NCBI GenBank assembly: GCA_963796965.1
Contig: CAWCNS010000005.1
Location: 1,024,001 to 1,088,000 of the forward strand
Reading direction: 5' to 3'
From: Calditrichia bacterium
Lineage (GTDB): Bacteria; Calditrichota; Calditrichia; JAJRVZ01
DNA: 64,000 bases
A program made the translations under genes and the position numbers. The notes below the pieces were generated by a model. That model ran no database searches. It was given only the letters and a program-made list of their open reading frames with translations, and was not told the origin of the DNA. Within the stretch, counting starts at the first letter, position 1; each line of letters begins with the position of its first letter. Below are positions 1 through 10,225 of this stretch, one piece after another.

Positions 1-75
1 ACTCCATTACTGAATTCATTCCGATTCAATCTTAGGATAAGATCGTTTTGAACCGGCGAACCCTGAACCCTTTAG

Positions 76-870
76 TTATTTCGGCAGCAGGATCTGTACC
101 TGCACCCGTGTGGACCAATCCGGACCCATCTCCGGTTTAACCACATTGTAAAACGCCCCGGCCTGAATATTGATCGGCAATCCCTTGCTTCCAACCCGGA
201 GAAGTTTGCCGACCGTACCACCCAATGGAACGATCCACTTATTTCCACTGGTCGCTATCCAGTTTGCAGTAATGATCGGTGAAAAACTCAGATACCATCC
301 GGTTTTGCCGAAATTATAATTAATAAAAGGTTGGAATAGCATCTTATTAACTTCCTGACGGTTCTCTTTTCCGGCAAAGCCCCATATGTTATTAAATAGA
401 AAACCGGTCACCCATTGGCCGGGCATGACCAGGACGATCACTGATGGTCCAATGCCCCATCTCTGACTGCCGCGGGTTTCACCGCCCGTCGGAAAAAGTA
501 TAACCGGTCCAACACCCCAGGTAACACCATCAGTTTCCGGCGCATAAAAGGCAGTAAACGTAATATCACCCAGACCGGTACTCGTCTCATCTTCGGTCGT
601 GATATCCGGCTGCCAGACAATGGGAATAATGGTCCGGGTGATAAGCCGTCCATCATAAAATGGCAGCACAGGCTGGATATTCAGAACATTCTGGGTGCGG
701 TCAAACTGACCAAGATTATATACGGTATTGTTCTGAAAGGGAAAACTCATCATATTGGCAATCGGATTCTGTGACGCCTTGGCCAGTTCGGCAGTGGATT
801 TCTCCTGTGCCTGCAGTAATGCCCCCGGCACCAGCGCCAGAGCAATGATGAGGATTAAAAATGTTCTCAT
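76..870 (-). CDS. Exported outer-membrane beta-barrel-like protein (family often annotated 'neuromedin U'/transporter)
   Basis: ORF 76..885; GGAGG RBS favours the MRTFL start at 870; signal peptide; 'ELAKASQNPIA', 'NIQPVLPF', 'GLGDI' motifs; amphipathic C-terminal strand. Confidence 0.6.
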   Translation of the reverse strand: MRTFLILIIALALVPGALLQAQEKSTAELAKASQNPIANMMSFPFQNNTVYNLGQFDRTQNVLNIQPVLPFYDGRLITRTIIPIVWQPDITTEDETSTGLGDITFTAFYAPETDGVTWGVGPVILFPTGGETRGSQRWGIGPSVIVLVMPGQWVTGFLFNNIWGFAGKENRQEVNKMLFQPFINYNFGKTGWYLSFSPIITANWIATSGNKWIVPLGGTVGKLLRVGSKGLPINIQAGAFYNVVKPEMGPDWSTRVQVQILLPK

Positions 871-949
871 GGTAAATTCCTCCATATTTTAAGTTTAGTT
901 AGTTGTTTTGTCATGATATAAACCCTCCCTTTTGTTTGTTAATTTTAAT

Positions 950-1068
950 ACTGGAGTACTGGAGTAAGTTGGAGTAATGTGAGAAATAATAGTCTTGGTC
1001 AGCATGATTATCTGTTCAATACTCCATACTTCAATATCCAGTTCATAACTCCATCACTCCAATACTCC
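950..1068. repeat. Octamer (GGAGTAAT/ATTACTCC-type) short tandem repeats arranged as inverted arms
   Basis: ctggagtactggagtaagttggagtaatg ... aatactccatac...actccatcactccaatactccatt. Confidence 0.75.
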
Positions 1069-1069
1069 A

Positions 1070-1339
1070 TTATTTATCTTCCTCACTCTTCACCATATCA
1101 AGTGAAAGGATGGTAAAATGCATATCATAGAGTGTATTCAATAGACCGGATAGCGCTGCCTGGTCCGGCAAAAAACCGGTCAGTGTAGAAACATATTTAC
1201 TATCTCCCAGATGCTTAACTTCTACTGACATATCATAAAAGCGGTCTACCCATGATTGATCCAATTTTCCCTGAATTTTAATTCGGTAACATACACGCTG
1301 GTCAAAACCAGGAATTTTTTTAGTGGTTGTATTATTCAT
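1070..1339 (-). CDS. Small ACT-like hypothetical protein, paralog A
   Basis: YRIKIQGKLDQSW...TLTGFLPDQAALSGLLNTLYDM aligns ungapped with 15989..16270; start taken at MNNTT (1339). Confidence 0.75.
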   Translation of the reverse strand: MNNTTTKKIPGFDQRVCYRIKIQGKLDQSWVDRFYDMSVEVKHLGDSKYVSTLTGFLPDQAALSGLLNTLYDMHFTILSLDMVKSEEDK

Positions 1340-1389
1340 TTTTATGCATCTGGAAGAATTTATAGTTTTGAGATAAATGATCTGGTTAC

Positions 1390-1471
1390 AACTTACGGTA
1401 TACAATCAAGTGGGAAACACCCAAAAGTAGTAGAAAGAGTTGTAAAAAAGTTGTAGTTTAGCTGTTTAAGG
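1390..1471 (-). promoter_or_regulatory. Conserved operator/promoter motif, copy 1
   Basis: Plus strand acacccaaaagtagtagaaagagttgtaaaaaagttgtagttt; three boxes spaced 12 and 11 bp; TAAGTT 21 nt past GGGTGT on the minus strand. Confidence 0.65.
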
Positions 1472-1617
1472 TTGGAGTGATGCGAAAACATGTAATTAGT
1501 AATTAGGAATTAGGGATTGGGAATTGGTTTGGCATTTGGCATTGAATTAACATTTCTGTCATTCCGATGGAATCTTCCTACTTGCCGGCAATCAGGAATA
1601 TTCCTATCCCGAACGGG

Positions 1618-1698
1618 ATCGAGGATCCGGTATCTGTCTCACATCCCCCTTACCCCCTTTCAAAGGGGGAATAAATCGTGCCAAAAACTTCAATGCTA
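1618..1698. repeat. Dispersed REP-like element (catccccctaacccccttcaaagggggaat...cgtgccaaaaacttca), copy 1
   Basis: Near-identical copies at 4689-4768 and 30210-30261. Confidence 0.85.
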
Positions 1699-1718
1699 CC
1701 AGCTCCAATTCCAAATCC

Positions 1719-4509
1719 CTAATCCCTAATCCTAATTATTCCCCGCTCCCGCGCTTTTACAACAACACTCACCCGCGAGTGTACATCCCATTTTTGGTAG
1801 ATATTGTAGATATGTTTTTTTATGGTGGTGGGAGAAAGAGACAATTTACCGGCGATCTCTTTGTTTTTTAATCCTTCGGCAAGAAAACTGACAATTTCAA
1901 TCTCGCGCTGTGTCAGATATTCATGTTCCGGAGTCTGGGCAAAAACCTCGTTCTTAATGATTTTTGCCTGCTGATGCTCAGATGCATGGCTTTCTTCCCC
2001 AGATGACTTCCTTTTAAATGCATCAAGCAATTTTTCCAGGTGATATCCGCCACTACCGCGGGATGCCAGGCGTTCCAGCAATTCTACCATCGCAGGTCCG
2101 GATTCTATAAATGGAAAAATGAAGCCGCCAGGCTGCGCCAGGCTTACAGCCTGTTCGATAATTTTGAGTGCCTCTTCTCTCTTACCCTGCCTCTCACAGG
2201 CCATGGCCAGAAGGGGCATAATTTGAATTAACTGGTAGATATTATGATGATCCTCGTTCATTGCTGCATATTCGCGTAGACATTCTTCCGCTTCAACCAG
2301 GATAGTCGGTCGATCCCTCGGCGATCAGGGCCCGGCAGCGGGTGACATACGACACCTCTAACCAAAAGATCGCCACCTCGGGCGTAGGGGGTGTGCTTGT
2401 CTCAAGCCAGTGTATAGCGGATTCCGATCGTCCCTGCAGAAGAGCCAGTCTTGCCTCTGCGGATTCGGCCAGGGCAAAGTATGCCGGATTATCCAGCGAG
2501 ACAACAAACTCCTGAAGTTGTTGCAGTGTGCACTGAGCCTCGTCCCGGTGTTCTGTTATCTCATAGGCCAGCATCAGCCCGATGAATGAGTCCACGGCTG
2601 CCCTGGGATGATGTACGAATCTCTGCTCAATTGAATTTCTCATTAATTCTTCGACTTCTTCCAGCTCATTCCGATAAAGATGGATAAGCCCCTGAAGATA
2701 TGGTGCCCACGCTACCACATGTAAATACCTGCTGTTCGAAACATTATCTCTAAACCGCCGGTTTGATTTCTCAGCTGCTGTCAGATCACCGGAAATGATA
2801 TGCACGAACACATACACGGCCAGAAGACGTGCCTTTCTTAGGCTGTGCGGCGAGTGAATACGAACGACCTGCTCGTCCAGATGGTGAATGGCCTTCTCCT
2901 TCTGTCCTTCCATTTGATTCGCCAGCGCAAACATCGTCTCGGCCTCACAACGCGGCTCGTGGTAGGAAACGGGAAGGTGCTCTAGTGCCTCCCTTAGGCG
3001 TTTCCGGCTGCGGGTACCATCACCCTGAAAGAATGCGACAAACCCTTGAAAGACAGCCACCTCTCCACGCAGAGGTTGATGGACTGAGTTATCATCAAGT
3101 AGCGATTCAACCTGATCCAGGATTGACAGTATGCCTTCGAACTGGAGTCGGCGCAGGAAAACCCAGGCTCGTGCTAAAAGGAGATCAACATGCTGCTGCA
3201 CGACCAAATCAGGCAAGCGCGACAACCACTTCTCGAGAACATACCATTGGTCAGCGCTGAGAGCATTCTGTCTGTGCCGCTCGACCAGTTGTGCCGCCCG
3301 CTCAATATCATCCGCAGCAAGGGCGTGTTCAATCGCTTCCTCAATTAATCCGTTTTTTTCAAACCAATCTGAAGCATTAATATGATCGGTATTATTTTCT
3401 TCATTTGTCTGGAGTTGTTTTAAACGGTTTTGCAGAAGTTCCTGAAAGAGATGGTGATAGCGGAACCAGCGATATTCCAGGTCCAGTGGTATCACGAACA
3501 TGCCCGCTTTCTCCAGCCAGTTCAGGAAGGTCGCGCCATCGTTTATCTCTGCAGGATTTCGGACATCAGTTACAAATAATTCATCTAATAATTCGGCACA
3601 GAAGCGGTTTAAAACAGATGTTTTAAGCAGATTTTTTTGAATGACTGCCGGTTGTTTAGACAAGACCTCTTCAATCAAAAATTCAGATACCGAACGCAGG
3701 GAATCACTATCCATACTTTCCAATAAATCCTGCATATCCTCTTTGCGGTTTATGGAAAGTGCGGCCAGGCGCAATCCGGTAATCCAGCCTTCCGTTTTTT
3801 CTAATAGCGTTTCAGACTCCTGATCAATAAGCGTAAAACCATGCTGTTTTTTGAAGAGCAAAATAATTTCTTCAGATGTAAATGACAATTCCTTCATGCG
3901 CAGTTCGACAACCTGGCTATGTGCCCGCAGGTCATGTAAGGGCAAGGGTGGGTCTCTTCTGGAAAGAATAACCAACTTCATATTCTGCGGTGGATAGCGC
4001 AGGATGGTTTCAATTAATTCATGTATCCGATTTTCTTCTATACGATGGTAATCATCCAATACGAGGATAAAGTCATCCTTGATATCGTCTAATTCATTAA
4101 TTAAAGTTTGAGAGAGTATCGCCAGCGGTGGTAATTCAACAGCTTGCAGTACATCGCCACTTTTTTTAAGCGATTCGGGGAAGTGACGTTTAACTGCAGC
4201 AACCACATAAGAGAGAAAAACACGCAGGTCGTTATCCTTACCATCCAGGGAAACCCAGGCAGCTGGAGATTCGCATCTCTCGATCCATGAACTGATTAGA
4301 ATGCTCTTTCCGTAACCTGCAGGTGCACAGACCAATATGAGGGGATGGTGAGGATTATTCTCCAGATTTTTGAGCAATTCGATTCGCGGAACAAAGTCAA
4401 CCGGCAAAGGAGGTCTGTGCAGTTTTGTCGTTAAAACCGGCGTTTGAATAGGATGATCCATTCCCTCGGCCTGATCTCCGTTTGCTTTATATGTCGTTTT
4501 TTGTTTCAT
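1719..4509 (-). CDS. MalT-like STAND ATPase-TPR-LuxR HTH transcriptional regulator (frameshift near 2300)
   Basis: TKLHRPP, Walker A CAPAGYGKS, Walker B LVLDDYH, TEGWITGL, WFRYHHLF; C-terminal ORF 1719..2261 has LTQREIEIVSFLAEGLKNKEIA LuxR HTH. Confidence 0.9.
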
Positions 4510-4688
4510 ATTTGTAGAGGTTCAAGGTTCAGAGTTCAGTCGAGTTGCAGTGAGATTCGGAATGACATAGAGTTAATTCAAGTCCCAATGTCCAAGTCCA
4601 ATGTCATCAATGCCCGATTCCAATTCCCCGATCATTTCCTTTCAGTCAATGATACGGGATCTCCGATTCGCTCCGACCAGCATCGAGG

Positions 4689-4768
4689 ATCGAGGATCCA
4701 GTATCCATTTCACATCCCCCTAACCCCCTTTTAAGGGGAATTAAATCGTGCCAAAAACTTCAATGCTA
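4689..4768. repeat. Dispersed REP-like element, copy 2
   Basis: Matches 1618-1698 in the same orientation. Confidence 0.85.
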
Positions 4769-4801
4769 AACCAATTCCCAATTCCTAATTACCAATGCCA
4801 A

Positions 4802-6100
4802 TCACACAGTTAGTTTCTCCGTGGCCTTTGTGGTTTCTTTTACTTTTTCATATTCCTTCTTGACCGGGATTGGTTTTTCTTTTCGGGGTACGGTATTTAG
4901 AAAAGTGCCGTAATTTTTCAATTCCTCTAAGCGGCATGACCAGACCAATTTATCTTCATGAACGGTAATATCGGGACAGCCGTCACACATACTTTGCCGG
5001 CCATCCTGCATAAAATCTACCGGCTGAATAAACATGATACTTTGCATATAGAGCGGTTTAAATATGCGAAAAGGATTTTTTAACAGCGCTATCAGATACC
5101 GTCCGGTAATTTTTCGCAGGCCTTTATCAAATGGCCATAAAAGAAAAGCAGCAGACCGGCCTGTCTTGAGTATTTGTGGAGAGGCATAGGATAAATATTT
5201 ATCTTTGGCAAAATGATAGACCGACATCATCAACTCAAGAAATTTTCCACCCACATAGCCGTATATTTTATCCTTAGTGCCGATCCTTTCGGTCAGCAGC
5301 CATTTATAGGCTTCCGGATCTTCCGTACCATTAAGAAATGCAGCCGGTTCAAAATCCGGAAAATGGTCTTTGGCGATCTTGACCAGATCGGTTGATTTGA
5401 TATCCACTTTACGATCTTCATCGGAATGGTACATGATTGTATCCCATTCCACCTTTTCACCCCCGGCATACCAGTCATAGGGTAATTGGGGAATGATATG
5501 GCGGAAACATATAAATACCATGGTATGTACGATATCGATATGTTTCTGTGCCCAGGCAATCATCTCGGGCACATAATGAATATTTTCCTGGTAAACCGTT
5601 GAATTAAACGAACAGGCTATATTTTTATGCACAGCGAGCATTTCGGCATAATGAAGCCGAAGGTCGTTGAGTTCTAATTCAGTTTTTCCGGCCCATTCAC
5701 CGGGTCTTCCCTGGTTACTATCAATATGAAAGGTAAATCCAAAGACACCTGCTGTATGTAAGTCTTTGAGTAATTCCTTTGTAAGGGCCAGACCATTGGT
5801 ATTAATGATCGGCTTTAGCCCTCTCCTTTTAATTTCAGCAACTAAGGGGATGATTTCCGGATATAATAGCGGATCTCCACCGGCGATGGAAATACAATCT
5901 GATTTTCGAAGTTTCTGAAAAACATCCAATTCGTGTAATACGTCTTCATAACTTTTATGTGAACTTTTTTCATTTTCACGATAACAACCATCACAGGCCA
6001 GATTACATTCTGCCGTTGGCTCTAACCAGGAGATGCCATTATCCGGCAATGTCCAGGGTAGACGATATAACTGATTGTGATCAACAACTTTGGTACTCAT
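4802..6100 (-). CDS. Radical SAM protein of unknown function
   Basis: CNLACDGC (CxxxCxxC), IAGGDPLL, INTNG; additional C-terminal SMCDGCPD...WSCR. Confidence 0.85.
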   Translation of the reverse strand: MSTKVVDHNQLYRLPWTLPDNGISWLEPTAECNLACDGCYRENEKSSHKSYEDVLHELDVFQKLRKSDCISIAGGDPLLYPEIIPLVAEIKRRGLKPIINTNGLALTKELLKDLHTAGVFGFTFHIDSNQGRPGEWAGKTELELNDLRLHYAEMLAVHKNIACSFNSTVYQENIHYVPEMIAWAQKHIDIVHTMVFICFRHIIPQLPYDWYAGGEKVEWDTIMYHSDEDRKVDIKSTDLVKIAKDHFPDFEPAAFLNGTEDPEAYKWLLTERIGTKDKIYGYVGGKFLELMMSVYHFAKDKYLSYASPQILKTGRSAAFLLWPFDKGLRKITGRYLIALLKNPFRIFKPLYMQSIMFIQPVDFMQDGRQSMCDGCPDITVHEDKLVWSCRLEELKNYGTFLNTVPRKEKPIPVKKEYEKVKETTKATEKLTV

Positions 6101-6429
6101 TTTAAAACTCTCCTTTTAATTATTTTGTCATCCTGTCCCGATTTATCGGGATCCGCTTGTTCAAATCCCAATGTCCAAGCCCAAATGCCAAATCAATGCC
6201 CAATTCCCAATTCCGAATTCCCAATCCCATATCGCACCTCGAGGATCGAGGACCGAGTTTCAATATCCTCCATTTAACATCGACTCGATTTCGCCCTTTC
6301 AGGGCGTTTAGAAATGAGCAACATTAACGACTTGTTACTTGGAAATTCCTTGTTGGATATTGGATCTTCATCTTCCATGCCAGATACCGAATCCCAGACT
6401 CGGGATATGCAACCTATTTTTCGTTCGAT

Positions 6430-6454
6430 GGGCGATCCACCGGATCGCCCCTAC
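6430..6454 (-). repeat. GTAG-type REP palindrome
   Basis: Minus strand GTAGgggcgatccggtggatcgccc; similar architecture at 29933-29960 and 37884-37909. Confidence 0.6.
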
Positions 6455-6470
6455 AGCGGGAAAACCTTGC

Positions 6471-7586
6471 TTAAAACGCCTCCTCGATACCGAAATAGAT
6501 CCCGCTGGTATCTTTACCCAAGCCAAGATCAACACGCAGATTTATTTTCTCTTCCTCATTAAACAAAAACCGTAATCCGAGTCCATAAGACGGCTTGAAA
6601 TACTTGGATTGAAATTTTGTAATGTCCGAAGCTACATCGCCAAGACCGGCAAAAACGGCAAATCCAAATCGCCACCAAAAATACTGGCGGTATTCCAACT
6701 GAGCAGCCAGGTAGGCTCTGTCCCGGTATCTCCCTTCAAAATAACCACGCATGATTTCGCCCCCACCCAGAGCCGGTAATTTGTAAAAGGGCGTTTCTCC
6801 CCAGGTGTTCATAAAATACCCCTGAAAACCGAGCACATGGTCCGGGGCAAAGGACCAGAAATGGCGGGTGTCAACCGAATAGGTAGTAAATGTATAGTCA
6901 CTACCGATATCCTTACTGTAGACAATCATTTCCGCCTCCGTATATCCACCCTCATTGGGGAAAAATACATTGTCGCGGTTATCCCAGATCCAGACCATGC
7001 CCAGACCCGAAACCGGTCCTCCTTCTTTTCCGGGGAAGGGAATATCTGAATTCAGGTAGGGATTTTCTTTCGTCTCTACAATAGTATAGTCCCTGTATTC
7101 AAAGACAAGCCCGGTACGCGTGGCAATGAATATGGTCGGCGGCATCTGAAAATTCAGTTTCCGCCAAAATTATCAATAAAATAAGACTCATTGTCCGAGA
7201 TCCGGTGTATTGTTACCAACACCAAAAAACTTATCAAATTCGTGAACGAATCTTAATTCAATATCCGAAGCAATCGTGTTCTTACTGAAATATAGTGAAG
7301 ATTTTATCAGCATCTGATAGGCTTTAACCGTCGAATACCATCCTGAAAATGTTACTTTAGAAGGATTCAGAATGGGATCTTTATCTGTATAAAACGTCAT
7401 CACACCACCGCCACCAAAAGCAAATTCTGTTTCCGGTGAATAAAAGGCAAAGGGGTAACCGTTAAAGTGAAGACCATAATCTTTCTTCGTACTATCGGCA
7501 CTCTCCTGGGCAAAGGCCTGCGCCGCAAGAAGTGCTATAATCAGAATAAAAAAATAAATCCTGGTGTATATTGAAAATTTTTTCAT
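6471..7586 (-). CDS. Omp85/BamA-TamA family outer-membrane protein lacking POTRA domains (frameshifted near 7150-7190)
   Basis: Signal peptide; YSPET motif; LGGGEIMRGYFEGRYRD; C-terminal YFGIEEAF. Confidence 0.8.
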
Positions 7587-7861
7587 TTTTTTTTCCCTCC
7601 CTTTGTGTATAATTTTTGTTTATTCAAATCATTCATTTTTATTTCATCCAGCATCTACCTTACAATCTTCCTACCCCCTTTTGAGACTGTCAGTCTCGAC
7701 AAGCAGGAAGATTCCTATCCCGAGACGGGATCCCGTTATCCGGGATGCTCTGTCAAATCTTGCAATCAAATCCCGCCAAAAACATGTCACCAATGACAAA
7801 CTATATATCTTTTTATCCGAAATGCAACTGCCCAATTTCATGCAATTCCAAATTCCATCCC

Positions 7862-7942
7862 ACATCTGGTATCTCGTATCACAGTATCCGAATTCGCATC
7901 TCACATCTCGTATCCCGTATCACGGTATCTCACATCTCATAT
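7862..7942. repeat. Heptamer tandem repeats (atctcgt/atctcac-like)
   Basis: atctcgt atcacag tatccga attcgca tctcaca tctcgta tcccgta tcacggt atctcac atctcat. Confidence 0.65.
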
Positions 7943-7954
7943 CTACAGCTCGAT

Positions 7955-8547
7955 TTACAAATGCCAGTTAAGCGCAACACCATATTCCATGCCGGTGATA
8001 TTGTAGGGCAGGCTCGGTTCCAGCACATGGCTGTTATATTTTGCCTGGCCTTCAATTTCCAGCTGACTGAATAATAATATACCAAGCCCTATTCCAACCT
8101 GAAAATGAAATTGTGTTCGATGTTTCATCAACGTCTCCTCATCCTTTCGTATAGTTCTGGCTGATACAATATTAATGCCACTCATGGCCAGTAAAAAGGG
8201 ACGAAAACGATCGGCAACGATATAATAGCGACCGCCAACAGCAAGCGGTACAATCGATAAATTTAGGGTCATCCCCCAATTCCATCCTCTTCGTTATGTT
8301 GAAAACTTATATAACCGGTCTCAAATACCAGGGCCCATTGATTGGAATAGAGCGTTGCATAACCTGCATAGATTCCGGATCCTTTATCCCATGATTCTTT
8401 AAATTCACCGATACTGTTGATCGAGGCTCCCTGCAGAGTGATAAAAGCCTGGTTTGTTAAATCCGTACTTACCATATCTGTTGTCACCTGGGCCGGTACT
8501 GATGTCACGACCATCAAACAAAACATGCATATTGAAATGATTTTCAT
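7955..8547 (-). CDS. Small outer-membrane beta-barrel protein (frameshift near 8270)
   Basis: ORFs 8269..8547 (signal peptide) and 7955..8272; IVPLAVGGRYY, FQVGIGLG, terminal YGVALNWHL. Confidence 0.6.
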
Positions 8548-8576
8548 TTTATATTCCTCCGAGATTATAATTTTTG

Positions 8577-8665
8577 GAGTAATGGAGTATTGGAGTATTG
8601 GAAAAACATTTGTTGCTTATCCTTAGATTTTTTCACTTTCATTACGCCATTACTCCATTACTCCA
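8577..8665. repeat. Octamer-armed element (ggagtattggaaaaacattcgttgcttgtccttagatttttgtactttcattactcc), copy 1
   Basis: Same core at 17837-17910 and 19641-19719. Confidence 0.85.
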
Positions 8666-8775
8666 GTTCTCTCAACTTTGAACTTTAAACTTTGAACTTT
8701 GAAACTTTAAACCTTATCAAACTCGCCTTAAACCTTTGTTAAGGGGGAACAGATTTTTTAACGGGGAACCTTAAC

Positions 8776-10201
8776 CTAAAACGCATACCCAAGAAACAAC
8801 CGCGATTCATTATTCCGGTAGTCACGGTCGGGAAACTCATCATATTTGCCAACACGATGATAGAGCAAATATTCGAGTCCGACAAACAGCTTTTTGTACA
8901 AGCGAATTCGCAGTTTTGGATTCCACATGCCGATCAATTCATCGCCGGGAGCGCCATCCCAGGTATGGATCCACCAGAAACTATAGCCCAGGTAAAGTGA
9001 TCCGAAAGGAAAGCGCAGAAAGGCTTCCATTTTAGCATGGGCCCCAGGCCCCATGTTATAGGTCCTTGCTGAATCAAGAAAAGAGACTTTATATTCACTC
9101 GAATAATCGGAATTGGCCCCACCCATGAGCAACAAGGCGCCATGTAGCAGACCGATAAACTGAACGCTTTTCTGGTGCGGGGTGCGATAGCCAATCCCAG
9201 GGCCGACACTGGTTCCCCCGACCTGATAGACGTTGTTCTCCAGGTAATCGAAATGATTAAAAATACCCCAGAGAAATTTTGAATTTTCACCGACTGTAGA
9301 ATTTTTACCATATAACATCGCATAAATTCGGAACTGGCCGATGGGTGGCTGCTCACCGGCAAAATTCACTAACATGTTAAAACGGAAGAAATCGAATGGT
9401 TTAAATTTTCTCATCTCGAACAAACGACCATAACCAAAATCCATGGTAAAGATGCCGTTTTGTTTCCCATTCTTCATATCGGTCACCCTCGCCCACATTA
9501 CTGGCGCCAAGTCCCAATTCCCCGAAGAAGACCCGTTTTTCATATACTTTTTCCGTCGTCCGGCGTGCCGTCCGGCCATAGACCAACCTGTTGAACAGAC
9601 GTCCGGGATTAAAAATACCGGCGCCAAGTTCATTCCAGAAACGCGGCCAACCGTAAAGACTTTCATCGAGGATCAAATTTGATAAGCGGTAAAACGTTTC
9701 ACCCAACATCGATCCGCCCACCGAAGTCATGATCCAGTCATTTAAGGCCGGCGGTTCATTTTCCATAAAAAACTCCCATTGCCAGCTACCTAACGCAGCA
9801 ATGCCCATGGAAGTCCAATAATTATACCCGCTGGTTCGGGCGAAATTATAATACATCGCACCATGAAAGGGATGGGCCCACATATTGGTAAGTAAACCAT
9901 CGGCATCGGTCGACCAGCCCCGCTCTAAATTATGCTCGACAGTCTTAAAACTGATCTTGGCGAATTCTGATCCACCCACATAGGTATTAAAAGCGCCCAG
10001 GGCTAAATTGAGGCCTATGGCCTCCAGGGCGGGAAGCCAGAGTGGTTTCTGCGGATTCAGGCGGTTAACCAGCGCTTCATCCGGTATATAATCCCGGCTT
10101 GTAACAAGCGCTGTGTCATAGCCGGTTGAATAAAGTGTTTGCGCATTGCTGAGGGGAGCCAGACACACGATCAGCAGCGTCATGATGATAATTTTTTTCA
10201 T
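8776..10201 (-). CDS. DUF3943-domain outer-membrane protein (frameshift near 9480)
   Basis: WSTDADGLLTNMWAHPFHGAMYYNFAR...WEFFMENEPPALND; C-terminal RLFLGYAF. Confidence 0.75.
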
Positions 10202-10225
10202 TTTTTTTCTCCTTTATTATAGTTC

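Noticed and set aside
4802..6100. Anaerobic sulfatase maturase or RiPP maturase
   Set aside because: No clear SPASM cysteine set, no precursor peptide or RRE nearby, and 15 kb from the sulfatase
7564..8074. Overlapping short ORFs in the repeat-rich spacer, and plus-strand ORFs antisense to long genes throughout
   Set aside because: Shadow ORFs with no recognisable motifs, overlapping better-supported genes or repeats
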